Positions 1 through 10,760 of a DNA stretch of 64,000 nt are shown piece after piece (the stretch's first letter is position 1; every line of letters starts with the position of its first letter). Origin of the DNA: Lama glama (lineage: Eukaryota); contig CM052816.1 in assembly GCA_028534125.1 (NCBI GenBank), positions 99,450,001-99,514,000 of the forward strand, read 5' to 3'. The notes below the pieces were generated by a model, which did not search any database, was not told the origin of the DNA, and worked only from the letters and a program-made list of their open reading frames with translations. Both the position numbers and the translations under genes were made by a program.

Positions 1-2374
1 GAATCTGATGCTTGGCTCTCCCTTCGTTTGGCCACTGGCTCTCAGTGGTCTCCGTTTTTAATTCTGTCATCATTTTTCTTTCGATGTCTTCAAAGATGTC
101 GTCTTTCTGTTGTTAACGCTTAAATAAGAAAGGCTCAGATGGGCTGTTTCTCTTCCCTAAAATAATGGAGCACATTGTTAATGTGTAAAATATGGCAAGT
201 GTTATTTTCTGCAACAGCTGCCGAAGTCAGAACTACCCCGACTCCCCTTCTAGTACGTCTTGTTGTTTGCATTTTAAGTTGTGTATTTACCTACATAAAT
301 CATAGCCCAGGCATTGTGTGTCTCTTGAGTAACTTTTATCATAAAGTCTTAAAAATGGATGTATGGGGAGGGCAATTTACTGTTTGTTTGGATTTTTGCA
401 GACTCTCAGCAGGTTCAAGGATCTGGAAAGTTTTTTTTAGAACATTTCTGAGGGTGAAATAGAAAGCAACTTTTATAGCTCTGCAAAATAGGATTCCCTG
501 CCGGCTGAAAACATCCTTAAAACCCTCCTGCAGCTTCCATAAAACACTTTATTTAGCTATTCCTTGCATTTTGAATACATTTAATCTTTGGGGACATAAT
601 TTATTTGTGGAAAATATATTTTTACTTTATATTGTGCTTTTAATACTGTGCTTTTTACCACTTTACAAGATGTTCTTATATGGATCTTTAATTTCATTTG
701 CTCTAATACAAATTTATCGGTGCTCTGCATGGGACTTTTTTCCAGTTTTTCTATGTCAAAAAAATCTGTGAAGAAACAATGAGTGAGAGATTTGTGTCTG
801 TCATCAAGCGAAATATAAATCACACATTCCTACTGTTCCTGATGTTAGATCTGAAAGATGTATAGATTATGATGATTTGGTGTTGGAAATATTAGAAAAA
901 CACTGCTCAAGAAAAATTGCCTTTTTTTTTTCTTTGAGACTTTTGGCAGCTAGGGCAGAGACCTATTCTGGATGGTTGACATTGTTGTCAGTAGAGTTTT
1001 GATGGGGCTTCTGGAATCTTCATCAAGGGTCCCAATTCAGGTAATATAAACAAAGCATTACCCTTGGTGTCCTCTGAGAAGCAGGGTGGGGGAGGTTCGG
1101 AGAACAGTGTTGATCTTTTGCTGTACATAATTCTCCAGATTTGCTTTCCTTAGGACAAGTCTATGCTCTTTTTATTTTTTTTAATAAAGACAAAAAGAAC
1201 ACAGTAATCCCTGTGACCATTGTATAAGAAACCCTGTCGCTCGCTGGGTCAGCGGCAGAGCAGCACGTGCCAGAGGCAGGGACTCTGCTAAGGGGCTGCT
1301 GGGGCTGCACGTGGATTATGGAGTCAAAACACACCCAAGACTGAAAGCATGCTGAGAAACTCCACTAAATGCTTCTTTCTGCAGGCTGGAGGTTGCGACC
1401 CAGCGTCTCCAGGAATATATTGAAAAGTTAAGTGACCGTCTCAGGAATGGCATTAGGCAAGTTTGCAGAGAGAGGTGACCACGGGCTCTGAATCTCTCCA
1501 GTTGAAGGCAGTCACCCTCCCCGTGCATCCACGGACGCCATTCCATGGGAGTGGAAGCCCTGTCTGCCGTGTGCTCGTCCAAACGTAAGCACCTTTTAAA
1601 GCGAAGGAAGCATCTCGCAGGATGGCACGTGGGGTCCCAGGCGGTCAGGCAGGGACCCCGCCTGGCGGTCCCCCGTGTCGCTGGCCCACGTGCCCCACTG
1701 GCGAGCCCTGGTCAGAGCCCGCGTCTTCCCTAGGCTGAGGCAGGGGGCCGAGGCGGGTTTATTCTGAAGGGGAGCAATACAGCTATTTCTTCTTTCGGTC
1801 CCAAAAGAGGCACAGCCAATTGTAGGACGAGTCAGATGGTCCTCACGTTTCCCAATGACGTTTCTCTGTGTGTCTGTCAGGGCCGGCTTGAAGACGCCCT
1901 TGTCTGCTCAGGTGAGGCCCATCAAGACCAACCGTGCTCAGTAAGTACCAAGAAAAGGTCAGGTGGACGACGCCAGCCCTGGGGTTGGGCTGAGGAGCCG
2001 GGATGTCTGTGTGTGTGAGTAAGACATCCTTCCATACTCACGCCCAGCCCTCCTGTCCAGGGCAAGCTGGTTCTGCGCCCCCCTCCCCCGCGGCACCGGC
2101 CCGCTTCGGGACGAGAGGCGGACCCGGTCCAGCCCCGCCCGGCTGCCGGCGGTTTCTCCATTCAACCGTCCTTTGCGCCGGACTGCTGAAAAGGCGACCC
2201 CCGCAGCCTGGGGCTGAAAGGGGGGCGGTTTCCCGGGACACCGTGTGCCGTCCCCGCCTCGTCTCCCGGGCAGGCGCGGCCACCGCCCGGGACGCCCGCG
2301 CGCGCGGGACGGAGGCGTCCAGGCCCCGCAGATGCGCGCCGGGGCTCGCGGCCGCGCCCTGGCCGAGCACTCAC

Positions 2375-2630
2375 TCAGCGGTCTAGCTGCGAAACAGGCG
2401 CTCAAAAAAAAGAGAAAAGAAAGGGAAAGAAAGAAAACCGGCCTGCGGGATGAAGCTGCGGCCGCGGGCCTGTAGGGGGCGCGAGAGCTCCACTGCCACG
2501 CCGCCGCCGCGCAGGCCGCGCAGGCCGCGCTCGCTCCGCAGGCCTTCCCCCCGCGCGGAGCCCGCCGGCCCCGAACGCAGCCCGGCGGGAGAGGGGCCCA
2601 GGCCGGCCCGCGTGCTGACGGCTGCGCGGG
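2375..2630 (-). other. PLAGL1: Putative non-coding first exon (5'UTR) from the proximal promoter
   Basis: Minus strand reads ...GCAGCTAGACCGCTGA|GTGAGTG inside the CpG island. The 5' boundary (TSS) is approximate. Confidence 0.5.
2469..2482 (+). promoter_or_regulatory. CTCF-like core motif
   Basis: CCTGTAGGGGGCGC has one mismatch to the CCASYAGRKGGCRS core. Confidence 0.5.
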
Positions 2631-2922
2631 CTCAGGGGCCGCGCCCCGGAGCCCCCCTGCAGAATGCGGGGGCCGGTGGCAGCGCCTGCGGACAGGCCTC
2701 CGGGCCCCGGGCGTGAGGGCACCGCCTGCCCGCTTTTGTGAAAACCGAAGTGGCAGAGAAACACAGCACAGGCTCTTGGCCGAGGAGACAGCGGAGAAGT
2801 GGGTGATCTTAACCAACCCCGAGAGGGGCCGAGTTTCTGGGCCCCTGTGTGAGAGGGTAAAGCCGGGTTCAGGTGCACGACACCGGCCCCTCGTGACATC
2901 ACGGGGGCCCAGAAAGAAAACC

Positions 2923-2939
2923 CACGTGAGCCTCACGTG
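2923..2939. promoter_or_regulatory. Double E-box CACGTG-n5-CACGTG (ChoRE-like), perfect palindrome
   Basis: CACGTGAG-C-CTCACGTG read directly from the sequence. Confidence 0.6.
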
Positions 2940-5900
2940 CGCGGCGCGGCGCAGGCCCGCGGGCGGCTCCCCAGGGGGGCTGCCCCGCCCGCAGCTGCCA
3001 CCTGCGCGCAGCCCAGCGCCTCTGCGCGCCGCTCTGCCCCTCCGCTCAGCCGGCCGGCCCCGAGGTCATCGCCCACAAGAGGGTCAGGGGTGCGATGAGC
3101 GACCCGGAGAAATCAGAGCCTCCCCCCCACCGGTCACGTCTCCAGATCAGCACAACGTCTTTGTAGAGATTTGTATTGATTGATTGAAGATTTATTATAT
3201 TTCAGGGAGCTCTGCTTTTGTCGGCCAGTGTGCAAAACTGAAATTAAGATGTACTTGGTAATTGAAAAGTAGTATTTGGTGCGTATGTAACTCTGTCCCT
3301 CCTGAATGATAGTTATAGAAAAAACCGGATCTCCACACCTTCTGTGAGCTTCACGCAGAAAAGCACGTGCTACTCACCCTGAGATGGAGCAAAGGACACC
3401 TTCCCTGCGGCAATGGTTTCCAAAGGCAGCTGTGAAAACGCTTCTCCTTCCCCATTTGTAAACCAAGGGCGATCCCGCTGGCTGGGAGGTGTGTCAAGGG
3501 GACAGGCCTGGAGAGTTAAACGACCCTGGGTGAGTAAGCCAGAGCCCAGAGGAAGGGCCCAGCTCCGGTCATCCTGGTACAGCACCTCCTGCAGCCCTGC
3601 AGTGGGGAGGACCTGGTGCGCAGAGGGGGTGGGAGGAAGATGGAAAAGCATCTCCCACCTGGAGCGCCATCCCTGGCCTGGTCCCTGCTTCCCCGGAAGT
3701 CTCCGTAAAGAAGAGACACGAACAGAATGATGGCGGGGCAGAGCCTGGGCCCTAGAATCCACCTGCGCCCTGAACAAGGTGGCGTGGGTCCCCTCGGCAG
3801 CCCCGCCCAAAAGGCTGCGTTGGAGGCGGTGGGGTTTCCGTCCACAGAAGGTGAGCAGCACAGCCTGGCTTCCCGATCTCCGATGAAGCCTGGGAGTTCT
3901 CGCCGGAGCCCTCTCTCCAGAGACGACCACTCAGCACAGCTGACGAGCACGGGCCGGGAGGAGAGCTTAAGTCCTCGGAGCACTTAAGAAAATGAAGAAA
4001 AGCTTTATCTGCTCTTCAGTCTCAAATAAGGGGTCCAGGGGGATTACGGTCAAAAAAGAGTGAACAAAAGCAGTAAATTTGTTGTGGTGACAGAAATAAG
4101 ACTTAGGCAAAGACACTTAGCTTATGCGTCTCTCAGACTCTCAAACGCACTGTATTGCTAAGAAAAAAATAACTGTTTAAGAACTGTCTTTCCACCTAGA
4201 ATAACCTAGCCGCAGAGGGTAAGGGGACGCCAGCAACTGAGAAAATGAGTGCGAATCACCGTGGTTACCGTTCAGGGCAGAGGGAGGGGGCGGTGACTTC
4301 TCCTTGGAGTCGCAGGACGGCCGAGGGACAGGGCCGTGGCTGTGGAGGATGGCGTAAGGAAGCAGGAATCTCGATGCTCACAGATTTTTATGAGTAGTAT
4401 TGGTGCCAGATTTATAAGATCAATAATTCATCCTACAACTTGGGTTGTAAGGAAAGAGGATGATTAGAACGTCCTTGCCCGCTTCATCTCACTGGCTCTG
4501 TCCCATCTGCCTCCCCAGATATGTGAAAAAAGGGCAAAGGCCATACCTATGGGAGGATCTCCTTTGTGGGTCATCTGCTTACACTTTCCCCCACGTCAGT
4601 ACGGTGGTGTCAGGAGCTTCTCACACCGGCAGCCAGACTGGACCGCGGAGGCTGCCCGTGGCCATGCACCAGACGGACATCTGGAAGAACGCAGACGCCC
4701 CGGGGGCCCCAGCTACAGCTCTTCCTGGCTCTAATCAGCAGAAACAGGATTCTCTGCCCAACAGTCGAGCTCCGTCATAGAAAGTGACCCCTCTACTGTG
4801 TCCAGTCGACATATTGACACCAAGAAAGAAAGTCCCGCACCTGGGAAACTTCTATACTTTCCATAATCTGCAGAATCATTGATCCTAAGGGGACACTCTA
4901 TATCATACTGACATCTTCTTCTCCACCTAATGGTTCGCTTTATTATCTGGGAGGTGTCTCAGTGGAACACGGCGGTGTTAACCCTCTGCAGTCCTGAGGC
5001 CGCCACCCACTCCGCGCCCTGCTGTGCCCGGGGACAATGGAGGAGCTGGGTCCCTGAAGGAGGCGGGCGGGCAGCAGGGCTCTGCTGTCTGGGGATGAAG
5101 CAGCGTGCCCTCACCCTGGCGAGGAGGACACTGCTCGTCTTCCTGCTGCTCAGACCCCCAGGACTGAAATGCATCTCTGTCTGTTTTGAAGCCCTCTCTC
5201 ACATTGTTTAGAAAGTCCTGCAACTTGTTCTTCTGAAATCAGCTTCACAGACTTTGTACACAGATGAGTCTTTGAATCCATTTTTCTTCCTGGAAAACTT
5301 CTTCTGACTTAGGAAACCCAAAGATCTCCATGTTCCATTAATATTTCAAAGTGTGTGTGTGTGACCCCTGTGAGGTGATTTGATTGTGCTTTTTGTTTTC
5401 TAAATTCTCTTTCAAGGGTGGATTATTTGATTTCCTCCTTCAATATGGTAACCAGACTGTAGAGTAGAATGCTATTTAAATTAACAAAAAGAGTGTGCTT
5501 GGGTAAAGCATTAATAGAAATATAACCTAAATTTTGATGAGAAGTCACACGCTGCTTTACATTAACTCTGACATGGACAAGAAGATACCTCTGTCTTTAT
5601 ATCACCAGCCATTACATAATCCACTGGACAGATCCCTCCAGGATTTAAATTCAAATTTCATATTGATTCTTCAAATGCAGGCATCACGATGTTCCTTAAA
5701 AAACAGTTGCTAGAAGATTGTGAATATTTTTGCCACTATTATGCAAACATTTTTCAGTCGTTTCCAAAAAGAGCTTGCAAATGTTTTGAGACACAAACAG
5801 AGAGAAAGAAGAATGGAGAAAAGCAGAGGACAGAAGGGGAGAGAGACGATGGTCGTGACCAGAAGGAGGAGGGCGATGGGGAATGAAAACGGAACGCAGC

Positions 5901-6149
5901 CCCGGGAACAGTGACTGGAGGATGGAGACGGAAGACAAGAGTATGCTCAGTGGGAGCATCCTCCTTCAGGCTGTTGTTAACCCAGATACCACCGAGCGCC
6001 GAGTAGACTGCTCTTTTATTTTTTATGAGGGAAAAGGTGGGCATTTCGCCACTCGAAGTAGAAAAGAGCAAATAAACAAAGGAAAGCCCAGAGCCTCCTG
6101 GCAGGCAAGAGAGCTTGATGGAAATGAGGAGAAACGAGCCAGCCGGTCG

Positions 6150-6800
6150 GCAGGGGCTGGTCCGGCAGGAAATTACCCTGGGACGGCCCTGCCGTTGTGC
6201 CTGGGTCCCCAGCACGCTGGCCGAGGCGCTCGGGGAGGGGACACTCCTCGAGGACTGGCATCCCTGGGCCGAGGCGGGGCGGACACAGTCCTGCACACGG
6301 CGGCCACCCCAGCCTTTCACAAGGTCCCAGGTCCAAGGCCGCCGACGCTGCGCGAGGAGGGCGGAGGCCTGAGGCTGCGTTTTCGGGTTTTGTTTCTTTT
6401 GGTGCCGCCTGCGCCGTGCTATCCCGTCCGCGATGGAGCAGGCTGCTCGGGCCTCGAGCTAGCTCCTGGGCTGCCGTCACGAAGGACCACAGACTGGGTG
6501 GCTTTAAGCAAAGAAACGCGCTCCTTCACAGTCTGGACGCTGGAAGTCCCGCATCAAGGTGTCGGCGGGGCGCGCTGCCCTGGGGCGCGAGGGCACGATC
6601 CGTCCGCGCGCTTCTCCTAGCTTCTGACGGGCGCCGGCAGCGCCCAGCGCGGTCACGTTCGCGGGGTCAGGAACCTAGAAACCGACGTGCCCTTTGGGAG
6701 GACGCAGTCCCACCCAGGCAGACACGTCCTGGCTGCGGGAACGAGAACGGCTGCTGCGCCGCACCTCAGCGGGCTTCTGCTCAGGGAGCTGGGAAGACTT
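6150..6800. promoter_or_regulatory. Secondary CpG-rich island overlapping an MLT1 LTR fragment
   Basis: Dense CpG with GGGGCGG boxes and one TGCCGC at 6403-6408. Confidence 0.55.
6455..6640 (-). mobile_element. MLT1 (ERVL-MaLR) LTR 3' fragment, MLT1C/D-like
   Basis: ctcctgggctgccgtcacgaaggaccacagactgggtggc...ggaagtcccgcatcaaggtgtcggc matches the reverse complement of the MLT1 LTR 3' end. Confidence 0.75.
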
Positions 6801-7472
6801 GCAGGGATGGTCCGTCTCCCCATCCCCGTCCCCACCCACTCACGTGCTGCCTGCCTTGAACTGCAGCTCGTGGCCGCATTAGGTCAGACCCAGAAGGAGC
6901 CCCGAAAGTCAGAACAAGTGCTCGACGGAGAAGAGAGACAGAACTGTTTCTGAGAATGTAAACGCAGTGTGCGTGCGTGTGTGTGCTTTTCTGTCATGTC
7001 TAGTTTAAATCAGAATCAGGTTAATTCTAAAGCATTTAAAATTTTTTATTCAGTTAAATCCTTCATCTTAAAGATGTTATAAGACCTTCCTTGATAAGGA
7101 AAAAATAATTGTTTCTGCCAAAAGAAAAAGAAAAGAGCCATTCTGATCGTTAGTAACTATTCCTAAAAGGTGTGGACTTCTAGAAAGAAATGCCAACTAA
7201 ACAGTCCGAGGTATCAGCAACTGTGCATTGGCAAAGCTAACCAAACATCATCGCTTATGCTAAAACATTTTAAATAATAACTATATCCCATATTAAAGGG
7301 ATGGTAAGTTACCTCAGTGCACCTTCAGAGGGGATTTTTTTCAGCCACAAAATGATCCTCTCAAGGTGTATATTTGTATAAAGGACAGGCCTCACAGTAA
7401 AATGATAACTAGTTGAATAGATTCTTAAAAATATGTTCAAGAGCCAGCTATGCCTCTAAAAATAATTATGAG

Positions 7473-7858
7473 CTCCCAGTTTATCCCTCCACCTCCCACT
7501 TTCCCCGCTGGTAACCACAAGTTTGTTTTCTATGTCTGTGAGTCGGTTTCTGTTTTGTAAATAAGTTCGTTTGTCTCATTTTTTAGAGTCCGCATGTAAG
7601 TGATCTCATACGGATTTTTCTTTTTCTTCCTGGCTCACTTCACTTAGTATGACGACCTCCAGTTCAGTTTAGGATTTGGATACACTGCTATATATAAGAT
7701 AGATAAATAGTAAAGACCCAGGAAACTAATTTCAATATCTTGTAAAGGCCTGTAACGAAAAAAAAATATGAAAAGAAACATGCATGTATAACTGAATCAC
7801 TATGCTGTTCCACAAACTAACACCATATCGTAAACCAACTATACTTCAATGAATTCTG
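7473..7858 (+). mobile_element. 5'-inverted (twin-primed) L1 3' end with TSD
   Basis: 7473-7665 is antisense L1 3'UTR and 7666-7850 is its sense continuation. TAATTATGAG flanks it at 7463-7472 and 7859-7868. Confidence 0.8.
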
Positions 7859-8779
7859 TAATTATGAGTTTTCCTCTTGATAGTATAATTACAGCTGATT
7901 TTTATGTTCTTCTATACACTTTTTTTGCATTCTCCAGATATTTCATAAAGAGAATAGACTGCATTTATATTGAGAAAAGAAACAGGATGACTTGGTGGAG
8001 TGGTGGGGGACCCGCCTTGTGCCCAGCAGTGAGGAGAAACCAATGTGCTGTCCGGGGACTTGACGCTGGTGGTGGTGGAGGCCACACAGTGATGCCACAT
8101 CCTGAGCAGAGGCGCCCACGCGAGATTCCCAGGCTTGGATTTGCTCTAAATTTTAAATGAGAAGTAGAGGTAATTTTCCTGCTAAGATTCAAAAGAAACA
8201 CTTTGGCAAGGCAGAAATAAACGTTTTGAGCATAACACTGAATTCCAGAGAAGACTGAAGCTCAAAGAAAATCGTAAGTGTCCCGACTGTAATAAAAAAG
8301 AATAATTAACAACCACAGAGGAAGCTTCCACCTTAGGCTCTGATGATTCAAAAAGGAACTGAAAGAATTGCTTATCCAACTGTTAAATCAACCTAAATTG
8401 TTCTTAATTATAGACCTCATCTCATGACAACTTCCTAACTTTTTATTTCCAGTGCACCATAAGGAGGGGATGAAGCTCTTTCTTCCCATCTGCTTTTACG
8501 CCATCAAACAACACACTTAATGGAAATTACCTCACAGGTTCCAGCTGAATATTCTTCTTCTTGAGTCGAGCTCTGAAATCATCCATGAATTTCCAAGGAG
8601 CATTTGAGTTAAATTTGAGTAGAAACAGAAGAGGCTCTTGCTGGGAATGGGGAGAGAAGTGACAAATAGCATTTGTGTGGCAATAATCTTGTTCATGGGA
8701 CACTTCCAGTTCTCATCCTTAGACTGACTAACACAGGCCACACTCTCTTTGCAAGGATACGATGGTACAAAGCCTCAGG

Positions 8780-8910
8780 ACCTCATCCACTGATTCAGCC
8801 CATGTGTACTGAGCCCCTGCTTTGTGCCGGGCACCACTAGGGTTGCTGGAGATGCGTTGTGAGCAAGTGGACAAAGATCCCCGTCCTTACAGAGAGTAAG
8901 TTCTGGTCAG
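8780..8910 (-). mobile_element. L2 LINE 3' fragment
   Basis: tactgagcccctgctttgtgccgggcacc...gctggagatgc...gagcaagtggacaaagatccccgtcct resembles antisense L2 3' consensus. Confidence 0.65.
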
Positions 8911-9689
8911 GTCTGAATGGATGTTAATGTGTCAGCTCAATAGGGCGTTTTGTAACCTGTCATCAGCATCACATGTTCAGAAGTGCCAGGCACCCACTGT
9001 GCACATCATCACGTGGTGTAAACAGAGGGACACAGGGAGCCCAGAGCTAAGGGGTACAGTGAAGTCAATGGACCCAAAGGGAATCCCATCACTGAGGCTG
9101 AAATAATGGGCAATAATGAACTTGGCAGAGATTAATATTGCCCATGGGAATAACATGATGCTGGCTCCCAGGGGCCCAAGTCATAGAATATGGTGGAAAG
9201 CAACAGGAAGCGACATCCGAATGGTTGTCAGACTTAGCTGGGAGTTGGAAATAGCAGAAGCATGTATTGACTTATCTATATATACTGGAAGACTGGGGGA
9301 GAGGGACAAAGGAGAGGGAGAGAGACAGAGAGAGAGAGAATACATAAACACACAGCAATGAGGAGGTGATAAAATCCCAGTCTTAACTGGGCTCAGAAAT
9401 AAAAAAAAAAGAGGGGGACACTTTAATTGTGTGGAAGAGAGAGATTTCCCACAGAGGCTTATAAGTCTGCAAATGTCCACAGACAAGTCCAGAAATGAAC
9501 TGTTTGTCTCCCGTGGCAGGAAACCAGAGATGCCAGACCACAGGAACCAGGGCAGGCCAGAGGTCAGCTCAAGCGTGAGTCTTTGGGGTCTTTGTGGACC
9601 AAGATCCAAAGCTACGACCCAGGATTTGGTTCTGAAATAAGTGAAAAGGAGTCCTGACTCCACTTGCATTGTCACAACACGTTTCAATA

Positions 9690-10760
9690 CACATGAGAAA
9701 AATGAAGAGCTGAAAAGACACAGGAAAAACAAAACAAAAGCAAAAACAAAACCTCTGGCCAAATCAGAGAAATATCTCACCAGAAAATGGAAATACAAGA
9801 ATAGTCTGGAAATAATATTGATAGAATGTTTAAATTATTCAAGTATGAATGAGGAATGTAAAAAGAAATTTAAAGGATTAAAAAATACATTTAGTATAAA
9901 GACGAACCAATTAAAAATAAAACAAAAAAGCAAATAGTTTTTTAAAATATGATAAAAAGATAAATTCTAGACTAGAAAGAGCTAAAGAGAGAATTAGCAA
10001 CAGTGAAGACAATGATTAAAAATACACACATCACAGAGAAAAATAAAAAGTCAAAAATTTAAATGAAAGAAATGATGGACAATATTTAAAGTGATAGCGG
10101 CCATGCATTTTTCCATGGGTTTCAGACATTCAGCACAAATACAGTGTTGAGGAGAATAAAGTCCACACTAGATAGATATTAGTGGAATTAATATAAAATA
10201 AACTGTGAACAGAAAATGTATGAGATTTAAAAGAAAAAAACTTAAAATCACCAGTACAGATAATTGCATTGACTTTAGGCATCTCCTTCACAAACTGGAA
10301 GATCATTAGAAAAAAAATTTAAAGTGCTGAGGGAAAATAATGGTAGACCCAGTTTATGACAGAAGGTTAATATGTCACAAAAGTGAGAGCAAAACAAGGA
10401 GGTTCCCAAGCATGCAAAGATGATGAGTTTACCACTCAGGTGTCCTCTGAAAAACTAATTGCCAAATAATGCCATTTCTTGAGAAAATATTTCAAAAGAA
10501 AGAAGTAGGATTAAAGTAAACAGAATTAAATGGATAAATTACATTTGTAATGTAATTAACTATTGTTTATAAAAATATTATTTATGTCTTATTAAAAATG
10601 GAACTAAACATAACAATAACAACACACAAAATGCCAGAGGTGGTTTTGGAGGGAAGTCAAACCATGCTAAGTCCTGGCTTAATTCTGAAATAGGGAGAAG
10701 CAATTTATAAAGTTAGAAAAGTGGAAAAAACATTTAGATATTTTAAAATATTGCAGGACA
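9690..10760 (+). mobile_element. Ancient L1 (L1MC/ME-like) ORF1-region remnant
   Basis: Strongly A-rich plus strand, with L1 ORF1-end motifs such as aaatttaaagtgctgagggaaaataa. Confidence 0.6.

Larger units (their letters stand above)
1..2630 (-). ncRNA. Possible HYMAI-like unspliced lncRNA / intron 1 region, running off the window start
   Basis: Inference only. In human, HYMAI is an unspliced RNA from the PLAGL1 P1 promoter that reads into intron 1. The region here is repeat-poor with no long ORF. Confidence 0.3.
2040..3130 (-). promoter_or_regulatory. PLAGL1: CpG-island promoter; putative PLAGL1/HYMAI P1 (imprinted germline DMR)
   Basis: Very high GC and CpG density with GC boxes, seen directly. 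A minus-strand first exon ends at a GTGAGT donor (2374-2369). Gene identity is inferred from the two-promoter layout and from short motifs (GCAGCCGT, GCAGCTAGACC, GGTTGAATG on the minus strand) resembling the human DMR as I recall it. The island itself is secure; the gene name is not. Confidence 0.6.

Noticed and set aside
1..73. Minus-strand ATG frame MMTELKTETTESQWPNEGRAKHQI running off the window edge
   Set aside because: Only 24 codons are visible, the Kozak context is modest, and it does not resemble PLAGL1 or any protein I recognise.
764..859. C/D snoRNA-like layout: GTGAAGA (768-774), CTGA (851-854), 4-bp terminal stem
   Set aside because: The C box is imperfect, there is no clear D' box or guide, and it is antisense to the inferred host transcript. 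An Rfam/snoscan search would settle it.
1959..2936. 325-aa minus-strand ORF and overlapping ORFs
   Set aside because: A/R/P/G-rich stop-poor frames expected in a CpG island, with no domain and a non-ATG start.
5883..6859. 245-aa and 220-aa plus-strand ORFs
   Set aside because: They run through a GC-rich patch and an MLT1 LTR and show no recognisable protein features.
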